Shown one piece after another: positions 15,263 to 28,859 of a stretch of DNA of 64,000 nt. Position 1 is the stretch's first letter, and each line of letters opens with the position of its first letter. Origin of the DNA: Octopus vulgaris (Eukaryota); contig OX597814.1 of the NCBI GenBank assembly GCA_951406725.2, positions 40,052,001 through 40,116,000 on the forward strand. Direction: 5' to 3'. Under the pieces are notes generated by a model. That model worked only from the letters and a program-made list of their open reading frames with translations. It was not told the origin of the DNA and made no database searches. Made by a program: the position numbers and the translations under genes.

Positions 15263-15399
15263 CATATATAGCAGCAAAATTTAGGAACGGCCATAATAGG
15301 CCGTTCAACCCACTAAAATTAGCAGACAAGGCTTCAACCGCAAAACAATATTAATTCCGTAAATCAGGAGAAAATTTTAAAAAACATTTACCCTGTAAT

Positions 15400-15502
15400 A
15401 CCTTATACAATGCATCGTTTCGTCTATTTTTTAATGGTAAATCAACTTGATTAAATTAGATCAAGCTAATTTTCCATAGGCCAATAAATTCATCAGTAAG
15501 GT
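15400..15502 (-). ncRNA. Type I hammerhead ribozyme motif (PLE pseudo-LTR type)
   Basis: ACCUUA-CUGAUGA-[long stem II with uggaaaauuagcuugau/aucaaguugauuuacca]-GAAAC-GAUGCAUU-GUA-UAAGGU. Stem I is perfect (6 bp) and stem III is near-palindromic. Sits in a ~330-bp island between (TA)n arrays. Confidence 0.75.
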
Positions 15503-15600
15503 AAGCCAGACGGGACAGATATTTGCACGAGGCAGCACCACTACTGTCTCGGCTATATCTGATTAATTATGAATTTGCCACCCTATATTGATTAATTTAT

Positions 15601-15742
<142 letters not shown>

Positions 15743-16560
15743 TATTTATATTCATATTTATATAACAGTAAATTAAGCTAAATGAAATATATAACGGAGT
15801 TAAAAACATTCTCCTCTAGAGATAAATAGTTTACAGTTTAAAAGAAATTATGTCATGCGGCTTTTTCTTTTATTTCATCATAAAATTAAATTACAAATTG
15901 TATTTTGTAAGATCAGTGAATGGGTGAATCAATAAAAACAAGAATTAAAATATTGAACCCCCAACACTTTTGAAAGTGTATTCGCGTAATAATACAGGCT
16001 GACGATTTAGTTTACAAATTATAAGTACAGAACTGCAATGTTTTTCCTCGAGACTATTAAAAGTAACATTGTTATCTTAATCCACAGATATATAAGCATA
16101 TAAAATTGTTTCTATGACTATTATAATGAAAGGATTATTGGTGCACCATAAACATTGGTGATTGTGAGTTGTACGGTTGGTTGTATATGCACAAATCCAG
16201 ACCTTGGTATGTCATTCTCAATAGGAACGGGTGTACTTTAAAACGAACAACTCTGTGGGTTATCGGAATATAAGTAACCGCTGAAAGCACTGGAAAATTT
16301 ATAAAGTGTAACATTCTATATAAACAGATACAGAGATGCACAGTTAAGTTTACGGCATCGGAAATAGGTAAGCAGAATTGATCATAAAAATGATACTTTT
16401 AACGTTCATTTTTATATACATACACAATGTGCGTGTGGATGTATCAACATTTGATTCAAATTCGTGTGATTGTCTGTTTAGACTACATGAAGGTTAGCGA
16501 GCAAATATGACTCTGCACGAGCCACTTTATTAAAGAATATATAATTAAAGAATATATATA

Positions 16561-16770
16561 TTTCTTTATTGCCCACAAGGGGCTAAACATAGAGGGGACA
16601 AACAAAGACAGACAAAGGAATTAAGTCGATTTTATCGACCCCAGTGCGTAACTGGTACTTACTTAATCTACCCCGAAAGGATGAAAGGCAAAGTCGACCT
16701 CGGCGGAATTTGAACTCAGAACGTAACGACAGACGAAATACCGCTAACCATTTAACCCGGCGCGCTAACG
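16561..16770 (-). mobile_element. tRNA-derived SINE family B
   Basis: Minus-strand head with B-box gagttcaaattcc, then gcctttcatcctttcgggg..aagtaccag. Other copies at 32728 and 44856. Confidence 0.85.
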
Positions 16771-16849
16771 TATACATATTAAAGAATATATATGTCTTCA
16801 ACATAGATGCACAGGGATACAGAGCGTCTCTGCGTATGTATTTTTTCTT

Positions 16850-17232
16850 TTATTTCTTTTAGTCCTTTGACTGCGCTATGCTGGAGCATCGCCTTTAGTC
16901 GACCCCAGAAATTATTCTTTGTAAGCCTAGTACTTATTCTATTGGCCTCTAATGTCTACGGGGATGTAAGCACGCCAACAACTGTTGTCAATTGATGGTG
17001 GGTGAGAGACAAACACAGACACACAAACATAGGGAGATATACATACTTGTGTACATATATATATATACACTACGGGATTCTTTCAGCTTCCGTGTATCAA
17101 TCCACTCAACAGGCTTCATTCGGCCCGATGTTATAGTAGAACACACTCGCTCAATATGCTATGCAGTGGGACTGAATCCGGAACCATGTGGTTGGTAAGT
17201 AAGCAACTTACCACGTAACCACTCCTGCGCCA
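16850..17232 (-). mobile_element. tRNA-derived SINE family A
   Basis: Diverged copy of 42506-42881. Confidence 0.8.
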
Positions 17233-17274
17233 TTTATATGTTCATAGTAATGCCTGAATGTTATGATGACGTTC

Positions 17275-17650
17275 AGACAGAAATTAGTTGCCCAGCAGAT
17301 GTTAAGATAAAGCTGAAGGACAGTGAAAGGGAGAACATCTAAACTGAACTATTGGCAAATCTGATTACAAGTTCAGTGTCATACCCGTAATTATCCAGAT
17401 TACAAGTTCAGTGTCATACCCGTAATTATCGGGGCCCTGGGATATGAAACACACTACCTAAATACTTATCTTTTAGCATCTCCATACCAAAAAAGAGAAA
17501 AGTAAGTCAAAGACTAAAGATCCATTACATCACTGGACTGTAAAAGTTTGTAAAGGTTTCCACATATTTATAACTTAAATATTTATGAGCATGTCTAGAT
17601 AGGCAACAATTTGCATGAGAATACATGCATAAAACATACAAATCTGCACA
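17275..17650 (+). mobile_element. R4/Dong-clade LINE 3' fragment (restriction-like endonuclease region)
   Basis: EISCPADVKIKLKDSEREN..DYKFSVIPVIIGALGY. Internal 33-bp tandem duplication (17363-17395 / 17398-17430). Runs into (CATA)n. Homologous to 54455-55040. Confidence 0.8.
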
Positions 17651-17655
17651 TACGT

Positions 17656-17688
<33 letters not shown>

Positions 17689-17689
17689 G

Positions 17690-17740
<51 letters not shown>

Positions 17741-17763
17741 TATATAGATATATATATATATAT

Positions 17764-18060
17764 CCATCACCTGCACTTCTAGCAATGTCATCTACTGCAT
17801 CTCCTGCTCTCTCTGCCCTTCTCGATACATCGGGGAAACGGGACGGTACCTTGTGGAACGGATCGCAGAACACCTCCAAGATATCCGACTCGGCAATGAC
17901 ACGCTGGTCTCGCGCAATTTCAGCTCTACCTGTACTCTTTGGAACAGTTGTCTGTGCTCTGATTGTCCTTGTACAGGAGCCATGCGGACTCCCGTATACA
18001 TCGTGAACAAAAATTAATTTTCTCTCTTCGCTTCTTTGCATCATATGGGCTCAAATCTCC
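17764..18060 (+). mobile_element. Penelope-like element (Neptune-like) GIY-YIG 3' fragment
   Basis: ITCTSSNVIYCISCSLCPSRYIGETGRYLVERIAEHLQDIRLGNDTLVSRNF..RIHREQKLIFSL..YGL. The 5' end abuts (TA)n. Confidence 0.9.
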
Positions 18061-18790
18061 CCCCCCCCTCTTCATCTAGCCCTCCTCCCACTCCTCTCTT
18101 CCTTTCAAATCTACTTTCGGATCTTTTCTAAAAGATGGACAGAATTTTCTAATTAACTAAATATTTAGAAACTTCGTATACTGGTAAAATGTGTCAAAAG
18201 AAAACATTAATTTCAATTAGTTTTTTTGAGAAAAATGTATTTTCTAACTTTTACGTAGTCTAATTCTTCGAATTTTAACCAATCGTATTCTCTATTTTGA
18301 CCTCAATTCATTCTGCCGTGTTATTCGTCCTTATCCATATCTTCTGTCTTCTGTCTTCAAACGCTTCTCGCATGTTTATTTCAATGTCATCCCTGACTTA
18401 CGGAACGATTACCTGTGTGTGTGTGTTTTTGTTGTGTATGTGTGTGCGTGTGTGTGCGTGTGTGTGTTTGTTTTGTGTGTGTGTTATTGTTGTGTATGTG
18501 TGTGTGTGTGTGTTTTTGTTGTGTATGTGTGCGTGTGTGTGTCTTTTTGTTGTGTATGTGTGCGTGTGTGTGTGTCTTTTTGTTGTGTATGTCCTGCCAT
18601 GGGTTTGGCAGTAAATCACTAAATCATCCATGACTTTTGTATTATACTCTCAAATTACACCAACATCTCAGACAATAACAAATCGTATTTATTGTCAGTG
18701 AAAATTATAGAATATAAAACAACTGCGATAAAAACTTATACCTACTTTCTGACGAAAACAATGCCTTTCTGAACATTTAAGCCGCAACTG

Positions 18791-18849
<59 letters not shown>

Positions 18850-19356
18850 GCGCGCGCACACGTGTGCGTGCGTATGTGTGCCTATAGGTACATATGAGTG
18901 ACCGATATTCAATAGACCTATGTAGGTTATAGCGTTTAAGGATAATCACATGAAAGTCATTATTTGATAGGAAAAGCATTTCCGTTGAGATATATCTGTC
19001 AATGTCTGACTTAATTCGCCTTATAATTAATTCTGATGTTGACTTACGTAGATCTCATTATATATATATATTCACAGGAAAGATAAATTTAACTATATGT
19101 TGCTCCTCTTATTCACACACACCAAGCTTACACGCCCCACTCAAACGATCATCTTCACATACAATGGCGTACATACTGAAAATGTTTAGGCTTCTGTAAT
19201 GTTAAAAGCTAACATAACGCATCAAATAAAATAAATCCGGATTATATACCGACTCAGCCACAATGTAACACGAGTACATGCATCTACAAATCTTTGCATA
19301 CACACACACACACACACAAACACACACACTCACACACATATATATATATATGTATG

Positions 19357-19418
<62 letters not shown>

Positions 19419-19726
19419 TATGTGTGTGTATTTGTGTGTGTGTGTGTGTGTACAGTTTTATATAACAAATTTTATTATGAATAGTATCAGTTTTTGATAG
19501 GTTGCTTGACTATGTAATTGACATTACCGAATCGTTTTATCCTACTTTCTTAAGCATCCAGCAATCTCAAAGAATTGATGATGTTAATATTTATCAGTAG
19601 ATTTAAGATATATGTTCCATACACATACAGCATATATGCATAATAACCAGTCGAGCAACGTAGAGATCGTAGAGCTTAGTGATTATGTTCATTCAAAGTA
19701 CACGTTTTGTGTATTTCCATTGTATA

Positions 19727-19776
<50 letters not shown>

Positions 19777-19888
19777 CTAACGTATAATATCTATCTATAT
19801 ATTTATACATACATAGATACATACATACCCAGATTCATACATATTCACACACGCATACATACATACATACATACATATATATACATAC

Positions 19889-19976
<88 letters not shown>

Positions 19977-20009
19977 TATAGTATAAAGCAGATATATATG
20001 AATATGTTT

Positions 20010-20087
<78 letters not shown>

Positions 20088-21282
20088 GCATATATGTATA
20101 TACATATATAAATATACATACACAAATATCTACACATCAACGTGTGTGCGCGTGTGTATCTATACAGCCATAGTTTTATATATTTTCTTTTCATTTTCAA
20201 TATTGTGACAACTTCAAGAAAATATATCATATGTTCACTGAATATTTACGATCAGCCTTGTGTATAAACATGGTCAAGCGTCCTTCATCGGTAAAGCAAA
20301 GAAAATATTTTTTCAAATAAATCAATCTGCGTAGCAAATTTGGCTCTCGCATTTCCAATCTGGTGCTATTACTTGAAGGGATCTGAGGATATTTGAAGCT
20401 CTCCGTATACAGTATAAATTAATGATGTCGTTGCCGTAGCATTCTTTGATTTTTGGAGTTAGTTTCCAATAAGTTATTTCTAGTATACCGTAGTGTTTTG
20501 GTATAGAGATCTGAAATAAGCATTTCAGTTGTTGTTTTTTTTATTTCCTTTGCTTTATTTTGTATCCTTCCATTTTCTTTAGTTGCAATATTATTGCTGA
20601 ATAATGATTTTCTCGTTTGTATTGATTTTCGTTTCGATTGCTATACTATACTTAGCTTCTTCGGGTTAGAACTTTAATGACATAAGTGAATATTCTTTCA
20701 AAACTGAGATGAAAAATAAAGTAATAAGTACTCGCACCAGAAGTAAGACATCTTAGACATGCGGTAAAGGAAAACATGTGTGATCGTAATAATAGACTGA
20801 GTTTCCGAAAACATTCCATTTACATTAAGTATCTGCAATTAGAAAATCTACATCAGCAACATACAATAACCTACGTTTCTATATATTATGGATGTCCTGA
20901 CAAAAGAAAAAATTCTCTAAAGACTACAGACCAGATCGAAAACGACACCTTACACTAGAAATCATGCAAGTATTACAGAATATGCATTTAAATCTGATGA
21001 TACGAAAACACACTACTCATTTTCTAGCAGAATTACAAACTATACTGTAGCAGTTGCTGATTTAAGCAGAGATGGAAAATAAGAAAATTGTTTCTATATT
21101 ATTTCCAAAGTAAATCAGCAATTTTTTTTTTATAATCAATATATCTATTTCAACGAACGCCAATATACCTCTAAAAGAAGTGGAATAACTCTCAAGTTAT
21201 AAACAACTGGAAATAGAGATATACAAAAATGTAGTTTGAAAACAGAAGAGACCTGTATAGTAATAGGCGAATTTGATCGATA

Positions 21283-21613
21283 AACAGAATGCAGTCACAT
21301 GTGTAAACATAGCATCACAATTTAAACAGATATGAAATGTAAACGAAATAATTCCAATACGTGAGACATACATTTTCTGTTGAGTAGTGGAGAAAACATA
21401 CGATCAAAACCAAAGAATATGAAGTGCCTATAAGAGCGACGAAGCACTTATGCAGTGAAATCGCATAGTACGTAGACGAATGAAATAACAACATACAATA
21501 AAATGAAATATACCACAAAGAAAAAATGAACCTTAACAACAGTAGAAGCAATGATATTAAACAGTAGCGACGAAACGAATTCAAGCAGTAACAGCAATAA
21601 TACTAATAAACTG

Positions 21614-21691
<78 letters not shown>

Positions 21692-21721
21692 ACACCACCA
21701 CCGCCGCCGCCGCCGCCACCG

Positions 21722-21775
<54 letters not shown>

Positions 21776-23568
21776 TTACTACTATTACTACTACTAGTAG
21801 TAGTAGTAGAGTTATCGTCATTTATTTGTCCTTATATTCGGGATTTGGTGTTTGAAATGTTTTATACCCAGTTTGGGACAAGTTAAAATAACCTATAATT
21901 ACACGGTGACAAAATGGGCAGCTGTTAAACATCAGCAACGAAATTGTGGTTATGTGAGATTACAAGAAGAGAAGACTACGGATACCATCCAGCTACATGT
22001 TGTACCCTGTTTCATTGTCTTCCATAAAAAGTGCATTGTGATGTCACCTGTTAAAAACAGTTGCACTGTTCCACACAGTCAGATATGTGTTGCGCTTACC
22101 CCAGATCTGTGATATAACTGTATAATTAGATGTGAATATAATCAACTGATTATGTGTCTGTGTTCCTTTGCAGCAAGCAGAGTGTTTTATAATTTATGTC
22201 ATTCCATTCAATTCACAATATACTCCACAATGCCTTAGATGTTAGATTTAATTTATTTCTAATTGGAGTATAATATTTTCACTAATTTTTGTTAGAAATA
22301 AATAGCTTAGTCTTCTTGTTGAAGGAAACCATCTCACAGCAAAAGTGAAACGGATTTTGGTTATTGTAATATTGTTCTGGCAATATCGTGTACGCAGCAG
22401 GTACTTGCTTAGACCAGTGCTTCCTTCTTTGACGTTATATTTGTGCACTTTTAAATGAATTAGTTTAAAATTATGCCCGAAAAATGGCAATTAATCCACT
22501 TCCCGTCCGTGATCCCTTTCATATACCGCAGCCTACAGCGTTTTTACGCATTACAAAGCACTGAAAAAATATTCAGTAATTGCTAAATAGTTTCCAAAAG
22601 AAAGCACATTCCAATAACAAAGCACACATTCCTTATAGGAGATGATATATGCTAAGAAAGAAAAATATATTTCGAAAAAGTTTACTATAAATTTCCTACT
22701 ACTGTGATATGCCGAGTTACTTTCAAGAATCTAACGTGGCATAGGATCCCCATCATTGGTTTAAACTAGTTCATATTAGCATTTCGGCGACTGAATGATG
22801 TCAATGATGTTTAGATCTCTTCAGGGTTGCAGCTGTGTTTTACTGTGATTATGTGACCGTGCTCAATATCATCAAATACCATTTCATAGTCCAACAACAA
22901 ATAATTTGCAGTTATTCATAGCTTATTTTTTACCGCCACCAAAACTATATATACACCATATTTCTTTCCAATGCTATTGATGACGATTGGCATTTAATGT
23001 TATCCCTTGCCTTAGATTCCACATGATTAAAACTGACGACAGTATAGGTATTTGCGATCTGAAAAATGTAAGCTACATTACAACCACTAAGATAAGAATC
23101 TTTGATGTATAGAATAAGAGGAGCAGTACTTCATCGAATGTATTAAGCTTTTGATATATCCCAAACTTAATCATAGATAGCGTGGTAACATAGATGTAAC
23201 TTTCTCTTCAACAAACTAGTATTATTGTTGTTACAGCTTGAATTCGTTTCGTCGCTACTGCTGTTGAAGTTCTTTCTGTTAAATATTTTGTTATCATTGC
23301 TTCTACTGCTATTACCGTTCATTATTTCTTTGTGGTATATTTCATTTTATTGTATGTTGTTATTTCTTTGGTCTATGTACTATGCGATTTCACTGCATAA
23401 GTGTTTCGTCGCTCTTATAAGCACTTGATATTCTTTGGTTTTGATCGTATGTTTTCCCCACTACTCAACAGAAAAAAAGTATGTCTCATGTATTGGAATT
23501 ATTTCGTTTACATTTCATATCTGTTTAAATTGTGATGTCATGATTACACATGTGCCTGCATTCCGTTT
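21283..23568. repeat. Long inverted repeat (arms ~21283-21606 and ~23217-23568) with 1.6-kb spacer
   Basis: The arms are directly reverse-complementary over more than 300 bp with scattered substitutions and one ~25-bp indel. The matching ORFs 21315-21584(-) and 23225-23428(+) reflect this. Confidence 0.9.
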
Positions 23569-25559
23569 TCAGAAAACCTACTGATAGCGTCATGTTTGTC
23601 AAACTGTAGAACACTGGTTGAACAATATACGTCACAAAACGTTTATTGAAACGCAAGAAACTGCTCCTATACAAGTTAACCAGTATGCAAATCAGTACGT
23701 ACTATCATCTTTGTTTGCTTTTTAACGTCTCGACTAAGTGCAGTCCAATTTAATTTGATTGATTTAATTTAATTGTTCGGTGGCTCTGTGAACAAACCTG
23801 TTTTGTTAAATTCTCGTCATTAACCCACTTACTGTGGTTTAGAGACATGTGATTAAAATCCAACTATTTATAATTGGAGTCATCGTTAAGCCTTTTAAAT
23901 CAAACAGCGAACATCGAACTGTTAGAATATCTGAGATTGTAACTGCTACCTAATTATGCTATTCACCAATAACTGTAAACTGTATATTATATTGCGAAAT
24001 ACTTTTGCAAACACTTACCTAACATTGAGCAAAAGAAACTATACTCTAGCGATATGTACTGCAGCAATAGAAACATGGAAGCTAGAGCAAAAACAAAAAC
24101 AAAAGAAATAAAATGCTAACTCTTTATAATATAACAAAGAAATCAACAAGAGAACATACAAATCCATAGAAGATATATATATATAATCACGGAATACTGC
24201 GGAACTGGCAAGTAACTGTAGATTTATGACTAGTCTAGCAAAGATCAAATATATATTACAGGAACGAAAGAAATTGACGAAACACATGCTAGTAGAGATA
24301 GGATCATGAGATAACTTTCTGAGAGAAAAACTAGAAGTAGCATGTTGCGTGAAAGAAAATGAAATATTTACGAAAATATATAAAGACTGACAAAAAAATT
24401 TTTAATCGTTTATTAGCACACTAAAAATGAAATTGCATGGTTAAGTACCTACACCTGCAACTTTTTCCACCTTATTCAATCATTTCATTTAAAGCTAGTC
24501 ATGAAACCGTAAATAAAGTACCCGATTATTGAAAATAATACTGTAACGTTCATTAATATATAAAAATGCACGCAAGAATCCAACAGTGTCCTTTTCCAAA
24601 CACAGAATTCAAGAAGAAACGTATGCATATAAGAGATATACTAAATTCAAGAAAATTGTTTTACAATGCAATTGTATAAGCTCACAAAGTGAAATTGGTA
24701 AAAAGAAAACAACGTAATAATGCAATTCTACGCCACCATCTATTTTACCTGAAGTCGGCAAATTAAAATATTTCTTTTAGCTAGATGCAATTAACAAGAC
24801 TAGCATATCTACCCATTTAGTATGTATTGAGAAATGTGTCAATGGACTTGGTAGATTACTGGGTGATATCTCAGAGAAATCACATTATTGTGGATGATAC
24901 AGCATTATATTGCAGCTATGTGACATGTGTTTGCGACTAGGTGACATGTGATGACGATTCACTTCCGAACTGAAATAGTTTCCCAGCCTCTGTATCATGA
25001 ATGTTTATGTGGAACACTCTTAACGAAATTCAGAGCTTCCTTCGACAACTACATAAAATGTATTAGGAAAAACATGTTATTTCGATATACTTTTATTTTA
25101 GTAGTTTACAGTATTTTCCGCCTGTTTATACTCTTATACGTTCAAAGTGCACACATTTCCCTATTTAGACAATGAAGCATATCCCTTTCGATAATATCGA
25201 TATGATTACCAGACTTCTTGGAGACCGTTGCTCTATTCATAGCGACGTATAACTAGCTGTGTGTAAACATCGGAGTGGTGAAAAATACACCTACACAATT
25301 TAAAGTCTGGCTCTATCTCTTGTTTGCTGTGAATGCGCGAGTGGGATCTTCAGCGTTGCAAAAATCAATCTAAGACTTACTTCTCACTGTTCTATGCGAA
25401 TACTGTCTGGGTGTTCTAGTACCATGAGATATTTTTATTGACAAAACTGAGATGCAATCAACAGCCGCTTCGATTAGCCGTTTCGAATCCTGCTCGAGAC
25501 TGACACACTTCGATAACCACTAAATAATCACAGACACTATATACTGACACACATTTTCC

Positions 25560-26196
25560 CTTTTATTTTACCTATTAACCATATTCGTGCCCCACTTCGT
25601 ATCTACGATAGGGCCACAAAATATACGACGAAAATTCAGAGCTACTTGTGGTCGGTGAATTTTTAGTAAATATGCGAAGGGGGTTTAACAATTCAAAAAT
25701 CGATGTCCACGAAATAATCATACTTTCTGATTGTTTAATGCTAAAAGTCTTCCTGATAACTGTCTTTGTAATTCCAAAAAATATCGTAGCCATTGCTCCA
25801 GCCATCTGGCCGCGAAGAGGGAACAGACAAAGAGACGGACAGGCAGCCGACATAACACCCATTATAGTATCATAGCAAATCTACCCATCTACGTCATGTT
25901 AACGGGATAGTATCGCAAATCTTAACCCTCCAAATTCATGATCTATACGTGGTGGGGGAATCCAGAGTTAATTCACGTAGCCGGAATTTTAATAAAAAAT
26001 CGAAGGTGATCTCTTAACTCAAAACTACATTTCCACTACATAAACGTATTTTCACATTTTTTTTCGCTAAAAACTTTCCTGATTACCCTCCCCACTTCGT
26101 ACTCCCGAAAAAATCCTGACTGGTCCAGCTGCTTGATCTTGAAGAAAAATAGACAGACGGACTAACAGACGGACATAACGCCCATTAAAGTAAGAT
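25560..26196 (-). mobile_element. Two tandem degenerate Helitron-like 5' segments
   Basis: Repeated ...gacagacggac..acataac(a/g)cccatta(t/a)agta.. ends at ~25870 and ~26196. On the minus strand this reads A|TCTTACT followed by a (CTGT)-like microsatellite, typical of non-autonomous Helitron 5' ends. No 3' hairpin-CTAG found. Confidence 0.4.
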
Positions 26197-26969
26197 CAGT
26201 TACGTACATTATGTCATATATTTTACATTGAACGACTTTGTCATATTTGTTGCGATCTACGACGATGAATAGCGACTATTATACTTAACATAAAACTTAG
26301 GTCGCTATTTATAATCGTAAGAAATGCTACTAATTGTAATGTATTTTGGTCACAATTTTCACCTGGATTCTCATGAAATATTGCATACAAGATCTTTTCT
26401 AAATTGCCGCAGATGTGCCTGCCTTGAGAATAACTTTGATTCCTCTAACAAGAGTCTTTTCTCATTAAAGTGAGTCTCAAACATATCCGGATTTCCATCA
26501 AAAATTAAATCATAAAGAACATTTCGCAAGGAATTATAAAAATTACTACATTCTTAACTGTTCTGACATAGAGTGTAACTTCAGCCAATATCATTAAACT
26601 TATCACAATATATAATATTTCTTATCAAGCCATCAGCTATGTTTTCATAACATATATTACTAAATTGTTTTATATATATATTATTTTAAATAATCACAAA
26701 CATCTAATAAGTAATTTTAAAATGAAATTTAATCAAAATATGAATAGATGCTGAAGTGAAAAAAATCTACGATTCAAAAACATATCTGTAATTTACTTTA
26801 GATTGTATTCAGAATCGAGAAACACTCAATCAAACTACACGCAGACACAGAAACATGGACACACAAATATTTAGATACACATACACGCAAAAACACGTAA
26901 ACACACATACACACAAACACACACACACATGTGCTTGCACCCACACGCGCACCCACATATATCTATCTA

Positions 26970-27000
<31 letters not shown>

Positions 27001-27045
27001 ATATATATATTTATATATATGTATATATACATACATATACATATT

Positions 27046-27186
<141 letters not shown>

Positions 27187-27474
27187 ATATATGTATATGT
27201 ACACATATGTATGTATGTAACAAAGCGAGATTTAACGTTATGTAAGAATAACAAATGAATCATTCTCTGGAGAATAGAACGGACATTAAATAAATGTAAA
27301 ATGTTAAGTATATTACTAAGTTGAAGCTATACATTGTTATTATGTTTATAAATGACGTTTACGAACATATCTTATTAAGAACGACAGCATTTGGATATAT
27401 TATTCAGTATTTTCATTGAGAAGACACACACACACATATCTATATATAAACATTTATTTATAAGTATTTATGTA

Positions 27475-27536
<62 letters not shown>

Positions 27537-27651
27537 ATTATGCATATATATATATATATATAAATTTAATATACGAAGGGTGAATGATTGAATATTAATT
27601 TCATTAATATCAATTTAAAACCAATTTTTAAAAATCTGAGTATACATACCT

Positions 27652-27710
<59 letters not shown>

Positions 27711-27732
27711 TTATTATACACACATACATATG

Positions 27733-27774
<42 letters not shown>

Positions 27775-28859
27775 CATAGATACATACATACACGTATATA
27801 TACATAGAGGATGCTCTTTGAATAATTCTTGTCTGTTAGAACCCTGGAGAAAACGTCGCAGCAAAAATAATCACATGAGAAAATTATACGATTTCATGTG
27901 TGAACATATAATCTGTTGTAATTGATTTCTTCGAACCATGGTATGTAAGCATTGCTGCGTTTTTACGTATCCTCTCTGAGAGATTATGAAGTTCATAGTA
28001 CACCACCCTATCAAAATGTTAGTTCTCAAGAACAGCAATCATCAGATCTGTCGACGTGCATAACATGGAGCTAAATCAAATTAAACAAAGTTTCAGCAAT
28101 TGGGACTGAATCTCATGAAAGTATGTACAATGCTTTAATACCTTCCTATAAGTTCGAACCTGCGACGTCTTTTCCCTGCAGAAACTGACCTGGCAGAGAT
28201 TTCTCTTTATAGATAATATGTGTAAAAGCATATCGGGCAAAGATTAACATTATCCCATATGTATTTTGTACAAAACTGCTTAATGCATCTCCATATCATT
28301 AATGTCAGCTTGCCCAGCTTTAAGCATACCAGTAAATTTAGTCGCAGTTGATCTTATATAATATATCAGAACAACTATCTGACAGTGCAATAAGCAAATA
28401 ATTCCCTATTCGTAGTTCGTAACGTGTAACAACTCAGATACGCTTGTGTTCCACGGTCTGATGACGTGTTTTATAGGCCGAAGCGTTTTTATAAATGTTG
28501 AGAAAGGAGAGATATTTTCCCGATACTGTTTAGGTGGCGAAAGGTTTTCTCTAGTTAGAGTGCACATGAATATGTAAAATGACGTTGTACATGAATGTAT
28601 TTTATTTAGTTCTCTTCGTGCATCACCATTTGATATGTATGTATGTATATATGCATGTATGAACGCATGCATATATGCATGTATGCATGCATTCATGCAT
28701 GTATGTTTGAACCTATGCATTTGTAAGTTTATATGTGCATGTGTCTGTGCTTAATATTTAATTTCTTCTATAATCTAACTTATTTTAGTCCATTTATATA
28801 GGTATCAAAATGTCAGTGGATGTGCCTGTACAACGCAAAGCTACAAACCTGCATGTATT

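Noticed and set aside
22700-23060. Faint resemblance of minus-strand VFDDIEHGHI to Ginger/integrase N-termini
   Set aside because: Too short and not followed by DDE motifs.
25381-25499. Possible minus-strand exon ending in gtaagt (LEQDSKRLIEAAVDC...)
   Set aside because: Weak acceptor, no recognisable protein, no partner exons.
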